DNA of 64,000 nt from contig CBDBPB010000001.1 in assembly GCA_965208615.1 (NCBI GenBank), positions 385,429 to 449,428 of the forward strand. The letters run 5' to 3'. Below the pieces are notes generated by a model. It searched no databases. It was not told the origin of the DNA and worked only from the letters and a program-made list of their open reading frames with translations. How positions within the stretch are numbered: the first letter of the stretch is position 1; each line of letters opens with the position of its first letter. A program made the position numbers and the translations under genes. This DNA comes from Spirochaetota bacterium (GTDB taxonomy: Bacteria; Spirochaetota; UBA6919; CBDBPB01). This document shows positions 11,501-21,077 of this stretch, piece by piece.

Positions 11501-12511
11501 TTAATCTGTGATTACTAAATGATTCCATTTTAGTGGTTCATTTTTTAATATATCCCGAGAGGCTTTTTTACCAGTAATCAAATCCTTGTATTTGGGAGCT
11601 ATACCCATACCAGGACGCCTTATAGATATAGAACTCTCTAATATAGTTGATCCTTTTAGTATATCAACTTGAGCAACTAAACTTTTTCTTGCTCTATCCT
11701 TTATTATAATTTCTTTTTCTGTTGGTTCTTTTATACCAGTTCCTAATGCTTTCTCTATGATACGGATTCTATTAACCATTTCCTTAAAGTCATTCACCGA
11801 TAAAGATAGCTTATGATCAGGGCCATCCATATTATTATCAAGAGTAAAGTGCTTTTCAATAACAGTAGAACCAAGGACTACCGCTCCTATAGGTATATCT
11901 ATTCCAAGACTATGATCAGAATAGCCCACATCAACCTTAAATATATTATGCATAGTTTTTATAGCTAATAAATTGACATCTTCTGGATCAGCAGGATAAC
12001 TAGATACGCAATGTAATAAGGTTAAATTTTGATTATTATGGTTTTTAATTATAGTTACGGCTTCTTCAATTTCTTTTATTGTACTCATACCAGTTGACAG
12101 TATGATTGGCTTATTCTTTTTGGCAATATGTTTTATAAGAGGTAGGTTGGTCAGCTCGCTGGATGCTATTTTAAATGCATAAATACCAAGATCATCAAGA
12201 AAGTTACTTGACTCCTCATCAAAAGGTGAGGATAAAAACTTTATGCCCAAATTATTACAAAGATCAAATAGGGCTTTATGTTCATCAAAACCAAGTTCAA
12301 GACTCTTAAGGAGCTCATATTGCTTTTTGTCATCATTTTTAGATACAAGAGATTCCGCTTTAAACAACTGAAACTTTACCGCATCAACCCCTATTTGTGA
12401 GGCCTTATTAACGAGAACTTTTGCAGTATCTAAGTTGCCATTATGATTTAATCCAGCTTCTGCAACTATGAAAACAGGTTTTCTTTTTTTATGTATATTA
12501 AAGTCCAACAT
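11501..12511 (-). CDS. neuB: N-acetylneuraminate synthase family (NeuB/PseI/LegI) with SAF domain
   Basis: AEAGLNHNG, KIASSEL, LSTGMS, HCVSSYP, GYSDHS, EKHFTLD, GPDH. Confidence 0.88.
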   Translation of the reverse strand: MLDFNIHKKRKPVFIVAEAGLNHNGNLDTAKVLVNKASQIGVDAVKFQLFKAESLVSKNDDKKQYELLKSLELGFDEHKALFDLCNNLGIKFLSSPFDEESSNFLDDLGIYAFKIASSELTNLPLIKHIAKKNKPIILSTGMSTIKEIEEAVTIIKNHNNQNLTLLHCVSSYPADPEDVNLLAIKTMHNIFKVDVGYSDHSLGIDIPIGAVVLGSTVIEKHFTLDNNMDGPDHKLSLSVNDFKEMVNRIRIIEKALGTGIKEPTEKEIIIKDRARKSLVAQVDILKGSTILESSISIRRPGMGIAPKYKDLITGKKASRDILKNEPLKWNHLVITD

Positions 12512-12514
12512 AAA

Positions 12515-13030
12515 CTAATATTTCACAATCTTTTTTGGATGAACTTTACTTTTATAATAATAAGTTTCCCTTCTTAGTTTGGATTTAGCAATCTTCCAGC
12601 TACCATCTATTTTTTGAAGATAATAATTTACCTCTCGCTTTTTAAAAATAGGTGTACGGTTATTCGAATCATAATATTTAAAATGTAATATACAAATTGA
12701 AAAGGCAATCTTACCTTTTTTATCAATCTCTACTATCTCTACGGTAAAGTCTACAAGTCTCTTAAAGTAGTTTTTTATTGTTTGGTTAACCAATCCATTA
12801 TTTCTGTTAATCTGCTTTAGCCTATTCTCATAAATTGTTTTTTCCTTGCCAGTAGTAAGCTTTATAATTTCCTTAAACTTACTCTGCCTAGAAGCAAGAT
12901 AAAATCTGTTAAGAACTTTGGCTATAATCTTTTTTTCTAACTCTATATCAAACTTAAAAGAATAGATATTTGAATTGCTAATAAATAAGAATATCATTAT
13001 CCCAGTAAAAGCAAATATAACCTTTTTCAT
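12515..13030 (-). CDS. Secreted hypothetical protein (NTF2-like fold possible)
   Basis: Signal peptide, C-terminal LQKIDGSWKI; SD AAGGA; 3 bp from neuB. Confidence 0.65.
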   Translation of the reverse strand: MKKVIFAFTGIMIFLFISNSNIYSFKFDIELEKKIIAKVLNRFYLASRQSKFKEIIKLTTGKEKTIYENRLKQINRNNGLVNQTIKNYFKRLVDFTVEIVEIDKKGKIAFSICILHFKYYDSNNRTPIFKKREVNYYLQKIDGSWKIAKSKLRRETYYYKSKVHPKKIVKY

Positions 13031-13379
13031 TTTTATATCCTTCTTAGTTGTATAATCACAAATTAAGATATTTTATCACTATAAAAAGTACTATATTAAT
13101 ATTTTAATCAAAAAAACAATAAATATCTAAATGCACTAAAATATATTAGCAATATTAATCGGCACTTTATGATATTAATTAAATCTTTAAGTTTATAAGT
13201 CAAAGTTTACGATATTAATATAAAGACTTTGACTATATATAAGTTAATGAGTATCTTATCAGAGATAATAATAAATTAGCTATTCAACTATATGCTTTTA
13301 TTAACTATAATATTTAAAAATAGACTACTTAACTACCTTGAAGTATAATATCCTATACTAGGAGATTAAAAAAGTTAAC

Positions 13380-15161
13380 ATGAAAAAAAATAAAATAAAA
13401 AGAGATCAAATAGGACCAATTATCTTCAAAATAGATAAAGACATCCATAAATTAAAAAAACAAGAAGATAAAACTATAGAAAAAGATAAACCTATAAAAA
13501 AAGAAAATATCTTTTTTAGAATATTAACGGCTATAAAAACCTTTTTAATTAAAAAGAATTTTATTAAATCCAGTACCTTCTTTAAAAAGATGCATACCAA
13601 AAAAACTATTGAAGAATTTAACTATATATTTTATGAATCAAATATTCAAAAAATTAGAGAATCTTTTCCAGAGTATATATATAAAATATATAATTCCTTA
13701 AATAATCTTAAAATGCTGTTTAAAGAACTGTTTATAAAAGAAAAAAATATCGATTATTATAATGATATTTTTCTATTTTACTTTATAGATAACCTCCTTA
13801 TAAAAGAGGATAAACAAGTCTTAGACTCAATGGATATAGAATATTTTAAAAATATTGCCTCTGATGAAAATAAAGGTACTAAAACTCTAGAAGAAGACCT
13901 TTGCAAGTTAAAAGAAAGAATAATAGAAAATAATGAATTAGCTATTTATCACTACACAAGCTACTTTGAAAAATTAATTCAAATACTAGACTTCGACTTT
14001 ATATCCTTTTTTAAAACCTTTGATCCAGGGTTCAAAGAACATAATTATAGTCCTAAATTTCAACCTATCTTTGGAAAGCTCGACTTGGACAAAATTAAAA
14101 ACCTAGACTCTTTTCTTAAAATTATAGACTTTGACTCTATACCAGAAAACGTTTTACTACACTTTAATGAAAGTATTAACGCATTAAAAACCTCTATAGA
14201 AAATAAACTAACTAAAAAAGATACAAAAAATAAATTAGAAATAGCTCCAAAAACCTTTCTAAAGACTATTGAAAGCGTTAATAGAAAAGATATTGAAGAA
14301 CTCCATAAAACAATATACAACCTAAATAAAAAAAAGATTATAGAGGCACTTATAAGATTAGTTAGTCATGACTTTGAATACGTTTCACCAGCCAAAACTC
14401 CTAAAGAAAAGTATATATTTAAAAAGTATATAAAGCTAACCCTTGAAAAAAAACGCTTTATATATTTAAAAACGTATATGGATGTAGAATTTGCCCTCAT
14501 GAAGCAAAAACTACTCAACTTTCTAAATCTTTCATCAGAAGAACAGTTGCCCACTGTAAACAACTATAATCATAAAACAAATGAAAAACTAGCAGAACGT
14601 GGTTGTTACGGATTTAAAAATATACTGTTAGTGATTCTATACAAATCATTTTATGAATTATTATATAAAGATGAAATAAGTAGAACCATAAAAAAATTAC
14701 TAATAGAAGGAAACTTTATAAACAGACATGAACATAGTCTATTCTCAACGGTCTATTATAATCTAAGTAAAACTAATGACCAATTTATTAACTTTGCTAC
14801 TGAGGTAGGCGAAGGAGAAAAAGATATGGGTCAAATATTACGTTTTGCTTGGGGAGAGATATCTGATCCTAACTTTCTCGTAATAGTATCCAAAAAAATA
14901 GTAGAAGTAGACTATAATTTTAAAAAGATTATACAAGAAGGACTTAAAAGCTATAACAAAATCCTGTTTTATATAAAATGGTGCATAAATGATTGGAAAA
15001 AACAAAATCCAACTCTACTATCTAATGCCAGAATAATAGGAAGCTCTGGAAATAGAACTCTATTTAACTCAACTGTTAAGGCCTCTGAAAAACTAGAAAA
15101 CTTAATAAAAATAATAAATTCTATACCACAGCTATCAAGCTTACTAAAAAGCGATAATTAA
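13380..15161 (+). CDS. Conserved hypothetical protein, DUF5312-like
   Basis: 593-aa ORF with SD AGGAG; segment FDFISFFKTFD...YSPKFQPI recalls spirochaete DUF5312 proteins (from memory). Confidence 0.55.
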   Translation: MKKNKIKRDQIGPIIFKIDKDIHKLKKQEDKTIEKDKPIKKENIFFRILTAIKTFLIKKNFIKSSTFFKKMHTKKTIEEFNYIFYESNIQKIRESFPEYIYKIYNSLNNLKMLFKELFIKEKNIDYYNDIFLFYFIDNLLIKEDKQVLDSMDIEYFKNIASDENKGTKTLEEDLCKLKERIIENNELAIYHYTSYFEKLIQILDFDFISFFKTFDPGFKEHNYSPKFQPIFGKLDLDKIKNLDSFLKIIDFDSIPENVLLHFNESINALKTSIENKLTKKDTKNKLEIAPKTFLKTIESVNRKDIEELHKTIYNLNKKKIIEALIRLVSHDFEYVSPAKTPKEKYIFKKYIKLTLEKKRFIYLKTYMDVEFALMKQKLLNFLNLSSEEQLPTVNNYNHKTNEKLAERGCYGFKNILLVILYKSFYELLYKDEISRTIKKLLIEGNFINRHEHSLFSTVYYNLSKTNDQFINFATEVGEGEKDMGQILRFAWGEISDPNFLVIVSKKIVEVDYNFKKIIQEGLKSYNKILFYIKWCINDWKKQNPTLLSNARIIGSSGNRTLFNSTVKASEKLENLIKIINSIPQLSSLLKSDN

Positions 15162-15166
15162 AAAAA

Positions 15167-15970
15167 CTATATACCTAAAACATCAGCCATACTAAAAAGT
15201 CCGTTATTATAGTTTTTTATCCATTTAGCGGCTAAAATAACTCCCTTAGAAAAAGTCTCACGACTATGAGCAATATGACCTATTTCTATTCTTTCACCCA
15301 TAGTACAAAAAACAAGTTTATGTTCACCTATAATATCTCCCGCTCGCATTGTAAGCATAGCCATTTGATTTATAGAACGTTCACCAGTTATCCCCTCACG
15401 TCCATAAATAGCATCTTTATCTATATTTCGTCCGGAGTGTTTAGCGGCTATTTCTGCCAATTTTAATGCAGTTCCACTTGGAGCATCTTTCTTAAACCTG
15501 TGGTGAGCTTCTATTATTTCAAGATCATAGTCTTTATCCGTATTCAGAAGCGATGAAGCTAACTCAGTCAACTTAAATAACACATTAACTCCAATACTAA
15601 AATTCGGAGAAAATACTATAGGGAATAACTTTGAATAATCCATAATCTTAGCTTTATCTTCGTTACTAAAGCCAGTTGTACCAATTATAAAGCCCTTTTT
15701 ATGAGATAGATTAACTTCTAAAGCAGAAAGACTACTAATAGGATTAGTAAAGTCAATAACCACATCAGAATTAGATATAATCTCATCCAGTCTATTAGTA
15801 ATAGAACAAATATTACCGCATCCAGCCATAGCTCCTGCATCTTTACCAATAAATGAGCTATCTTTATGTTCCACAGCTCCCACAAGTCTAACATCGGAAT
15901 CCCTAAGTGCAGACTGGATATTTGATATACCCATTCTTCCTGCGGCTCCTAAAATAATAAGTTTAGTCAT
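15167..15970 (-). CDS. dapB: 4-hydroxy-tetrahydrodipicolinate reductase
   Basis: GAAGRMG, IGTTG, EAHHRFKKDAPSGTA. Confidence 0.96.
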   Translation of the reverse strand: MTKLIILGAAGRMGISNIQSALRDSDVRLVGAVEHKDSSFIGKDAGAMAGCGNICSITNRLDEIISNSDVVIDFTNPISSLSALEVNLSHKKGFIIGTTGFSNEDKAKIMDYSKLFPIVFSPNFSIGVNVLFKLTELASSLLNTDKDYDLEIIEAHHRFKKDAPSGTALKLAEIAAKHSGRNIDKDAIYGREGITGERSINQMAMLTMRAGDIIGEHKLVFCTMGERIEIGHIAHSRETFSKGVILAAKWIKNYNNGLFSMADVLGI

Positions 15971-16040
15971 AATCTACCTCTACATTAAAACTTAAATGTT
16001 TATTGAATTATAAGTTATTCTTAGGATTAAGAATATATAG

Positions 16041-17102
16041 CTAAATAATGGTGGATTTCTTAAGAGTTTTATATACCTGCCTAAAATCATAAAGACCCGA
16101 GTTAGCAGGACAAAGATTATCCTCTATCTTAAGGGATAAACATAGATTACAATTTTCCATTGCAATTATTTGATTAGCTTTTTTTACTTCTTTCTTACGC
16201 TTAACCTTATTTAGAGACGATATTGTAGAAATATCATCAATATTATATAAACTAATATTATCATAACTAGATATTTCTGGCTCTATATCTCTGGGTACCG
16301 CTAAATCAACTATAACTTTTTTACTCCCATTATTAAAGCTAGTCTCATGCTCTCTTGTCAGAATATAGTGAGGAGCAGATGTAGAGCTAATAATAACATC
16401 AGCGGATCTCATGCTATCATAAAGCCTGTCAATAGGAATATAACTAGAATTCATTTCTTCAGCTAAAAGAGTCCCAGTCTCATGACCACGATTGGATATC
16501 ATAATATTTCTAACATCCTTTTTATACAAAGACATAGCAACAGACCTGGATATATCACCAGCACCAATAAGTAAAACATTAATTTTTGATAAGTCATCAA
16601 AATGATGCTTAATTTTATCTATAATTATCCCCCCAGTAGATAATGAACATTTGGATATCCCTGTTAGGGTTCTAACTCTCTTTCCTACATAAATAGCTTT
16701 TTGGAATATCTTATTAAGCCATTTTTTCGTTAGGTCACTTTGCTGAGCTAAAAGATATGCTTTTTTTACTTGTCCTAAAACTTCATTTTCACCCAATATT
16801 TGAGAGTCTAAGCCTGATGCCACCTGACAAAGATGATAAGACGCCTTAAAATCCTTTAATATATATAGCTTTTTAGGGGGATTATTATTAAATAAATGAG
16901 AAATAACCTTTTCTGAACTATGTTTAGTAAAAAAGTAGATCTCAAAACGATTACATGTAGAAATAGTTAGAATCTCATCAACAATACAAGACTCTATTAG
17001 TTTTTTATTACGGTTAATAAGAACTTTATCTAAAAAAGCATACTTTTCACGCTCTTCTACGCTATGGGTCTTTGCATTAAGCCCAACAACATAAAAAGCC
17101 AT
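16041..17102 (-). CDS. hemA: Glutamyl-tRNA reductase
   Basis: STCNRFE, SGLDSQILGENEVLGQ, GAGD, DLAVPRDI. Confidence 0.95.
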   Translation of the reverse strand: MAFYVVGLNAKTHSVEEREKYAFLDKVLINRNKKLIESCIVDEILTISTCNRFEIYFFTKHSSEKVISHLFNNNPPKKLYILKDFKASYHLCQVASGLDSQILGENEVLGQVKKAYLLAQQSDLTKKWLNKIFQKAIYVGKRVRTLTGISKCSLSTGGIIIDKIKHHFDDLSKINVLLIGAGDISRSVAMSLYKKDVRNIMISNRGHETGTLLAEEMNSSYIPIDRLYDSMRSADVIISSTSAPHYILTREHETSFNNGSKKVIVDLAVPRDIEPEISSYDNISLYNIDDISTISSLNKVKRKKEVKKANQIIAMENCNLCLSLKIEDNLCPANSGLYDFRQVYKTLKKSTII

Positions 17103-17212
17103 TCTTACCTCTTTTTCACTTAAAATATATATATATAGTTATATATCCCTTTTTTAAGATATTATAACAGTATTTTAATCAATTTTAATATTATAAGTGT
17201 AGGATATATTTT

Positions 17213-17241
17213 ATAATAACTATTAACTAAGAGCTTGTCAA
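17213..17241 (-). promoter_or_regulatory. Sigma70 promoter for hemA, TTGACA-N17-TATTAT
   Basis: Near-consensus hexamers at 17-bp spacing on the minus strand. Confidence 0.6.
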
Positions 17242-17312
17242 GATATTTTTTTAATTCCAATAAAAATATATAAATATGTTTTTAGCAGTTTTAACAGCTA
17301 ACAAAGTAGTCA

Positions 17313-17594
17313 TTATAGGCTATCTTTTGGATAAACTAACTTAAATGGTTTTATCTCATAACTCTTATATATACCATTTATATAAAATGGATCAGACTCA
17401 ATAAACTTTTTAGCCTCATCATAAGACTCTAAATCAACTACAATTAAACTACCGGTTATATCAGTAAACGGACCAGCCATAATCAATTTATTTTGTTTAT
17501 ATAGTACATCCAGCCTTTTAAGATGCTCTTCTCTATAAACAGGACGCTTTTTAACAGAATCCTTTTCATCCTGTGCTATTATAACGTATAACAT
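17313..17594 (-). CDS. YciI family protein
   Basis: R...REEHL, AGP, GSLIVV, SDPFY. Confidence 0.9.
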   Translation of the reverse strand: MLYVIIAQDEKDSVKKRPVYREEHLKRLDVLYKQNKLIMAGPFTDITGSLIVVDLESYDEAKKFIESDPFYINGIYKSYEIKPFKLVYPKDSL

Positions 17595-17614
17595 AATATT
17601 TCCTATTTATATAA

Positions 17615-18550
17615 CTAATAACTTTTTTTATCATCACTAAAAATATAAAAATCGGCTTGCTTTCTTCTAAACAAATAATCGCTTATATTTACCAATTCAC
17701 CCTCTGCCAGAGGAATAAGACTAATTAATGCTATATTTAATTTGGGAATCCTTGCTAATAAACTTTGTGGAATAGCTATACCATAATCAGAATGAAACTT
17801 TCCAGCTATAACAATAACTTTATAATTCCCAAAGTCGTACAAAAACCTTGATATAGACTCCGCCATAGTCTCATCCTTAACAATAGAAGCTAATAATAGT
17901 CTATTTTTGAGTCCTTTATTAACAGGATGATTAACAGGTAAGCTATTATAAAAATAATCTCTATAGACCTTATTCTTAAAGTTAATACTTTTTGCAATAT
18001 ATTGTCTATCTCTCAAAGAAAGGCTTTGTAAATACTCTTTACCATGGTATACAACTTTCTTACTAATCCTACTAGGGGTATTAATAGCAATAACCCTAAT
18101 CTTATTTGTTTTAGCAAATTCTATTATAGGTCTATAATCTAATTTATAGTTAGTCCACGGACGGGCTTTATTAAGAAAAGTCTTTTCGTCAATATTACCA
18201 TCAATATAGTCATCAATAAAAGGCTGAATATCTCGTTCAAACATCTCCATAGCAATAGCTATATTTTTATCTCTTTCATGAAGAGACTTTATTATTTTAA
18301 GCTCATAAAGATGCGCTTTTTGACTATTATGATACTCCCCCAAAAAAACTACAGCGGCATCACTTATATAACTTATCATCTTAGAATAAGATATATAATC
18401 CTTCTCATAATATGAGAGTATTTTGTTATACAACTTATAACTAATATAATTATTATTAGATGCCTTAATAGACTCTCTAGTACATGCAAAAATACTTATA
18501 CATACCGCTATTATAACAATAGATTTTAGTGCATTCTTTATATTTTTCAC
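17615..18550 (-). CDS. ChaN/PhuW-family (haem-binding) lipoprotein
   Basis: Lipobox IFAC; VVFLGEYH, AMEMF, KDETMAESI, AGKFH; GTG start. Confidence 0.85.
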   Translation of the reverse strand: MKNIKNALKSIVIIAVCISIFACTRESIKASNNNYISYKLYNKILSYYEKDYISYSKMISYISDAAVVFLGEYHNSQKAHLYELKIIKSLHERDKNIAIAMEMFERDIQPFIDDYIDGNIDEKTFLNKARPWTNYKLDYRPIIEFAKTNKIRVIAINTPSRISKKVVYHGKEYLQSLSLRDRQYIAKSINFKNKVYRDYFYNSLPVNHPVNKGLKNRLLLASIVKDETMAESISRFLYDFGNYKVIVIAGKFHSDYGIAIPQSLLARIPKLNIALISLIPLAEGELVNISDYLFRRKQADFYIFSDDKKSY

Positions 18551-18570
18551 TTAATAAATTATAAAATACT

Positions 18571-19890
18571 CTAAAGATTATGTTTTTGTTCCAGGTCTTT
18601 AATTCCCTTATAAATATTGTCATACAGCTTAAAGATATCCTTTTCGTCAACAGCAGAAAATGCTATACGCAAATCTTTATTACCTATAGAAATAGTACCA
18701 GTACCATATTTATCTAAAAGGTGGAGCCTTAACTCTTCAGCATTAACAGTCTTAAGACTTAAACACATAAAATATCCAGAGTTAAAAGGATAAACAGACC
18801 ATACAGAATCATAATCAGGATTAGATAAAACTTCCTTGACCTTAAAAGCACGTTTTTTCATAATCTCATATCTCTCTTTCTTTTCAAGATAATGAGTTTT
18901 TGATTCTAAGCTTTTTAAAACTAATGTCTGAGAAAGATGAGGCCCGTTAGATATTTTTGACCTTATAGCACCTAATATCTTTTTTTCTAATGCATTATAT
19001 ACACTTTCGCCTATGGACTGATCACCAAATGCAAAAGTTATAAAACCAACTCTAAAACCCCATGCATACTCTTCTTTAGTAGCACCATCCAGCTTTATAC
19101 TAAGTATATTTTTATGTACTCCTGCCAAATAACCAAAAATAGACTCTTTTAATACATCTTCGTAAAAAAACCCTAAATAAGAGTCATCAGTAGCAACAAC
19201 AAACTGAATACCCCTTTTAGCATGGCTAACTAATACATCTACAATCTTTTTAGCCTCACTAACACTAGGAGTATAACCAGTTGGATTATTAGGAAAGTTT
19301 AAAATAGTAAATATCTTATTTTTTTTCTCGGCAATAGAGTTAATAGCATTACTAAAACTCTCTATATTAAACCCTTTAGAAGAATTAAAAAACTCATAAG
19401 TTTTAATTTTACCGTTATATCTACTCTCAAAAATTAGTTTATAATTTCCCCAAAACTTATCAGGTAGTAGTATTACATCCCCTGGATCAACAAATAAATC
19501 CCCAGCAATACTTAGTCCATGAGTAATACCACAAGTAGAAATAGGATTGCTTATAACTTTATTATGCAAACTTGGTGTATCATTATTAATACGCCTTTTC
19601 CATACCCTTCTTAGTTCAGGCTTACCGGCCCCAGGAGCATAAGGATATATATCATTAGCATCCAAGCCTGATAAAAACCTATGGACTGATGGTAAATAAA
19701 TAGGTTTTCCATTATCCAATGCTATTCCAATGGTAGCATCAAATTGATTAGCCTTTTCTTTTGCTTCAGCAGTCTGTGTTAAGATACCCCTTGGAAAGAA
19801 AATAGCCTTAGCAAAGCTAGACATAAGACTATGCACTTCTGGAGCATTATTATAAATAATATCATTCAATTCAATAGCAAGGGAATCCAT
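18571..19890 (-). CDS. Class I/II PLP-dependent aminotransferase
   Basis: NFPNNPTGY, DDSY, DGATKEEYAWGFRVG. Confidence 0.9.
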   Translation of the reverse strand: MDSLAIELNDIIYNNAPEVHSLMSSFAKAIFFPRGILTQTAEAKEKANQFDATIGIALDNGKPIYLPSVHRFLSGLDANDIYPYAPGAGKPELRRVWKRRINNDTPSLHNKVISNPISTCGITHGLSIAGDLFVDPGDVILLPDKFWGNYKLIFESRYNGKIKTYEFFNSSKGFNIESFSNAINSIAEKKNKIFTILNFPNNPTGYTPSVSEAKKIVDVLVSHAKRGIQFVVATDDSYLGFFYEDVLKESIFGYLAGVHKNILSIKLDGATKEEYAWGFRVGFITFAFGDQSIGESVYNALEKKILGAIRSKISNGPHLSQTLVLKSLESKTHYLEKKERYEIMKKRAFKVKEVLSNPDYDSVWSVYPFNSGYFMCLSLKTVNAEELRLHLLDKYGTGTISIGNKDLRIAFSAVDEKDIFKLYDNIYKGIKDLEQKHNL

Positions 19891-19979
19891 TTTATACCTG
19901 TCTGGTAAAACTATAATATAATCTTTCTCAGCAAAAATACCCCAACATAAATATAAGTATTAAACAGAGAATATGTTAA

Positions 19980-20309
19980 CTACCAGTGTCTAGATAAGGT
20001 CTTTAACTTTTCGAGAACATTAGAAAAACTATCTTTATAACTATCCATCTCATTATCAGCAATATTAACTGAATTTTTAAGGAAATAACCTACTATCTGG
20101 AAAAAACTATCAGCAAACTTTTCAATGTCCTCTTCAAAGACCATAATTCGGTGACGCTGTTTCTCACTGTCATCAGCCACCTTTTTACTCTCGCTAATAA
20201 CCAAATAATTATCATTCTTACTATTTTTTTTAACATCAAAATAGTAGGTTCGACTTCCAGCTCTAACCCTACTAGAAAAGATCTCTCTTCTATCACCTGC
20301 TTCATTCAT
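19980..20309 (-). CDS. PUR-family (DUF3276/BpuR-like) ssDNA/RNA-binding protein
   Basis: EIFS..VRAG.RTYYFDVK......YL.ISESK......RH.I.VFEED...F signature. Confidence 0.88.
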   Translation of the reverse strand: MNEAGDRREIFSSRVRAGSRTYYFDVKKNSKNDNYLVISESKKVADDSEKQRHRIMVFEEDIEKFADSFFQIVGYFLKNSVNIADNEMDSYKDSFSNVLEKLKTLSRHW

Positions 20310-20380
20310 TCTTTAACCCTCATAAATCACAAATTATAAATCATTAATTAAAAGTTTATAAGTTTAATAAAGTAGTGTGT

Positions 20381-20409
20381 AAAGTAATAATAATTTACCT
20401 GTTTGTCAA
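20381..20409 (-). promoter_or_regulatory. Candidate sigma70 promoter for the PUR gene, TTGACA-N17-TACTTT
   Basis: Consensus -35 and a TAnnnT -10 at 17-bp spacing, ~70 bp before the ATG. Confidence 0.5.
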
Positions 20410-21077
20410 CTAATCATTCACCCTATTAAAATTAATTTTATATATTAAAAAAAAAGTACTTTTTTATAATAAGCTTTATGCCCTATAGTCAAAATATATA
20501 ATATAAAATAATTTTTTTAATAAATTTGTTATCAAACGTTTTAGTAGGTTATTGTAAAAACGTTCTAAGTTAATCAATTTTTATAGATATAAACTGTTTT
20601 ATTATTTTTAATTCACATAGAAAACATATAATGTCAATATAGAATATTCCAATAATCCGCTCTATACCTTTGTGGAAAAGTAAATTCGTTATCACTTAAT
20701 AAATGTCCATAATTCTTAGTCTCAGTAAGGGATTCTTAATAGCTCTCGTAGTGATGATTAATAGCATAAGAAGTGATATCTTGTGTTCATTACTAAAGTA
20801 TTTAAGCAGCACTTAAAGAGCATATAGGGATAACCTGCTTGACACAAGAAAATAACTTTTTCATAAATATTTTAACTTTTCTGTTCCACAAAGAAATCTA
20901 AAATATACCCGCCTTTACGTTATATGTCTTGCCTTTTTACCTTGTATGACTAGCCATAACTTTATCATAAAATGATAACTAAATTATTATTAAAAAAAAT
21001 ACCTTCTTATTACGTTTGATAAAACATCTGCTAACTTATCACACCTTATATAAAAATCATAACAAAAAAATAAATAT

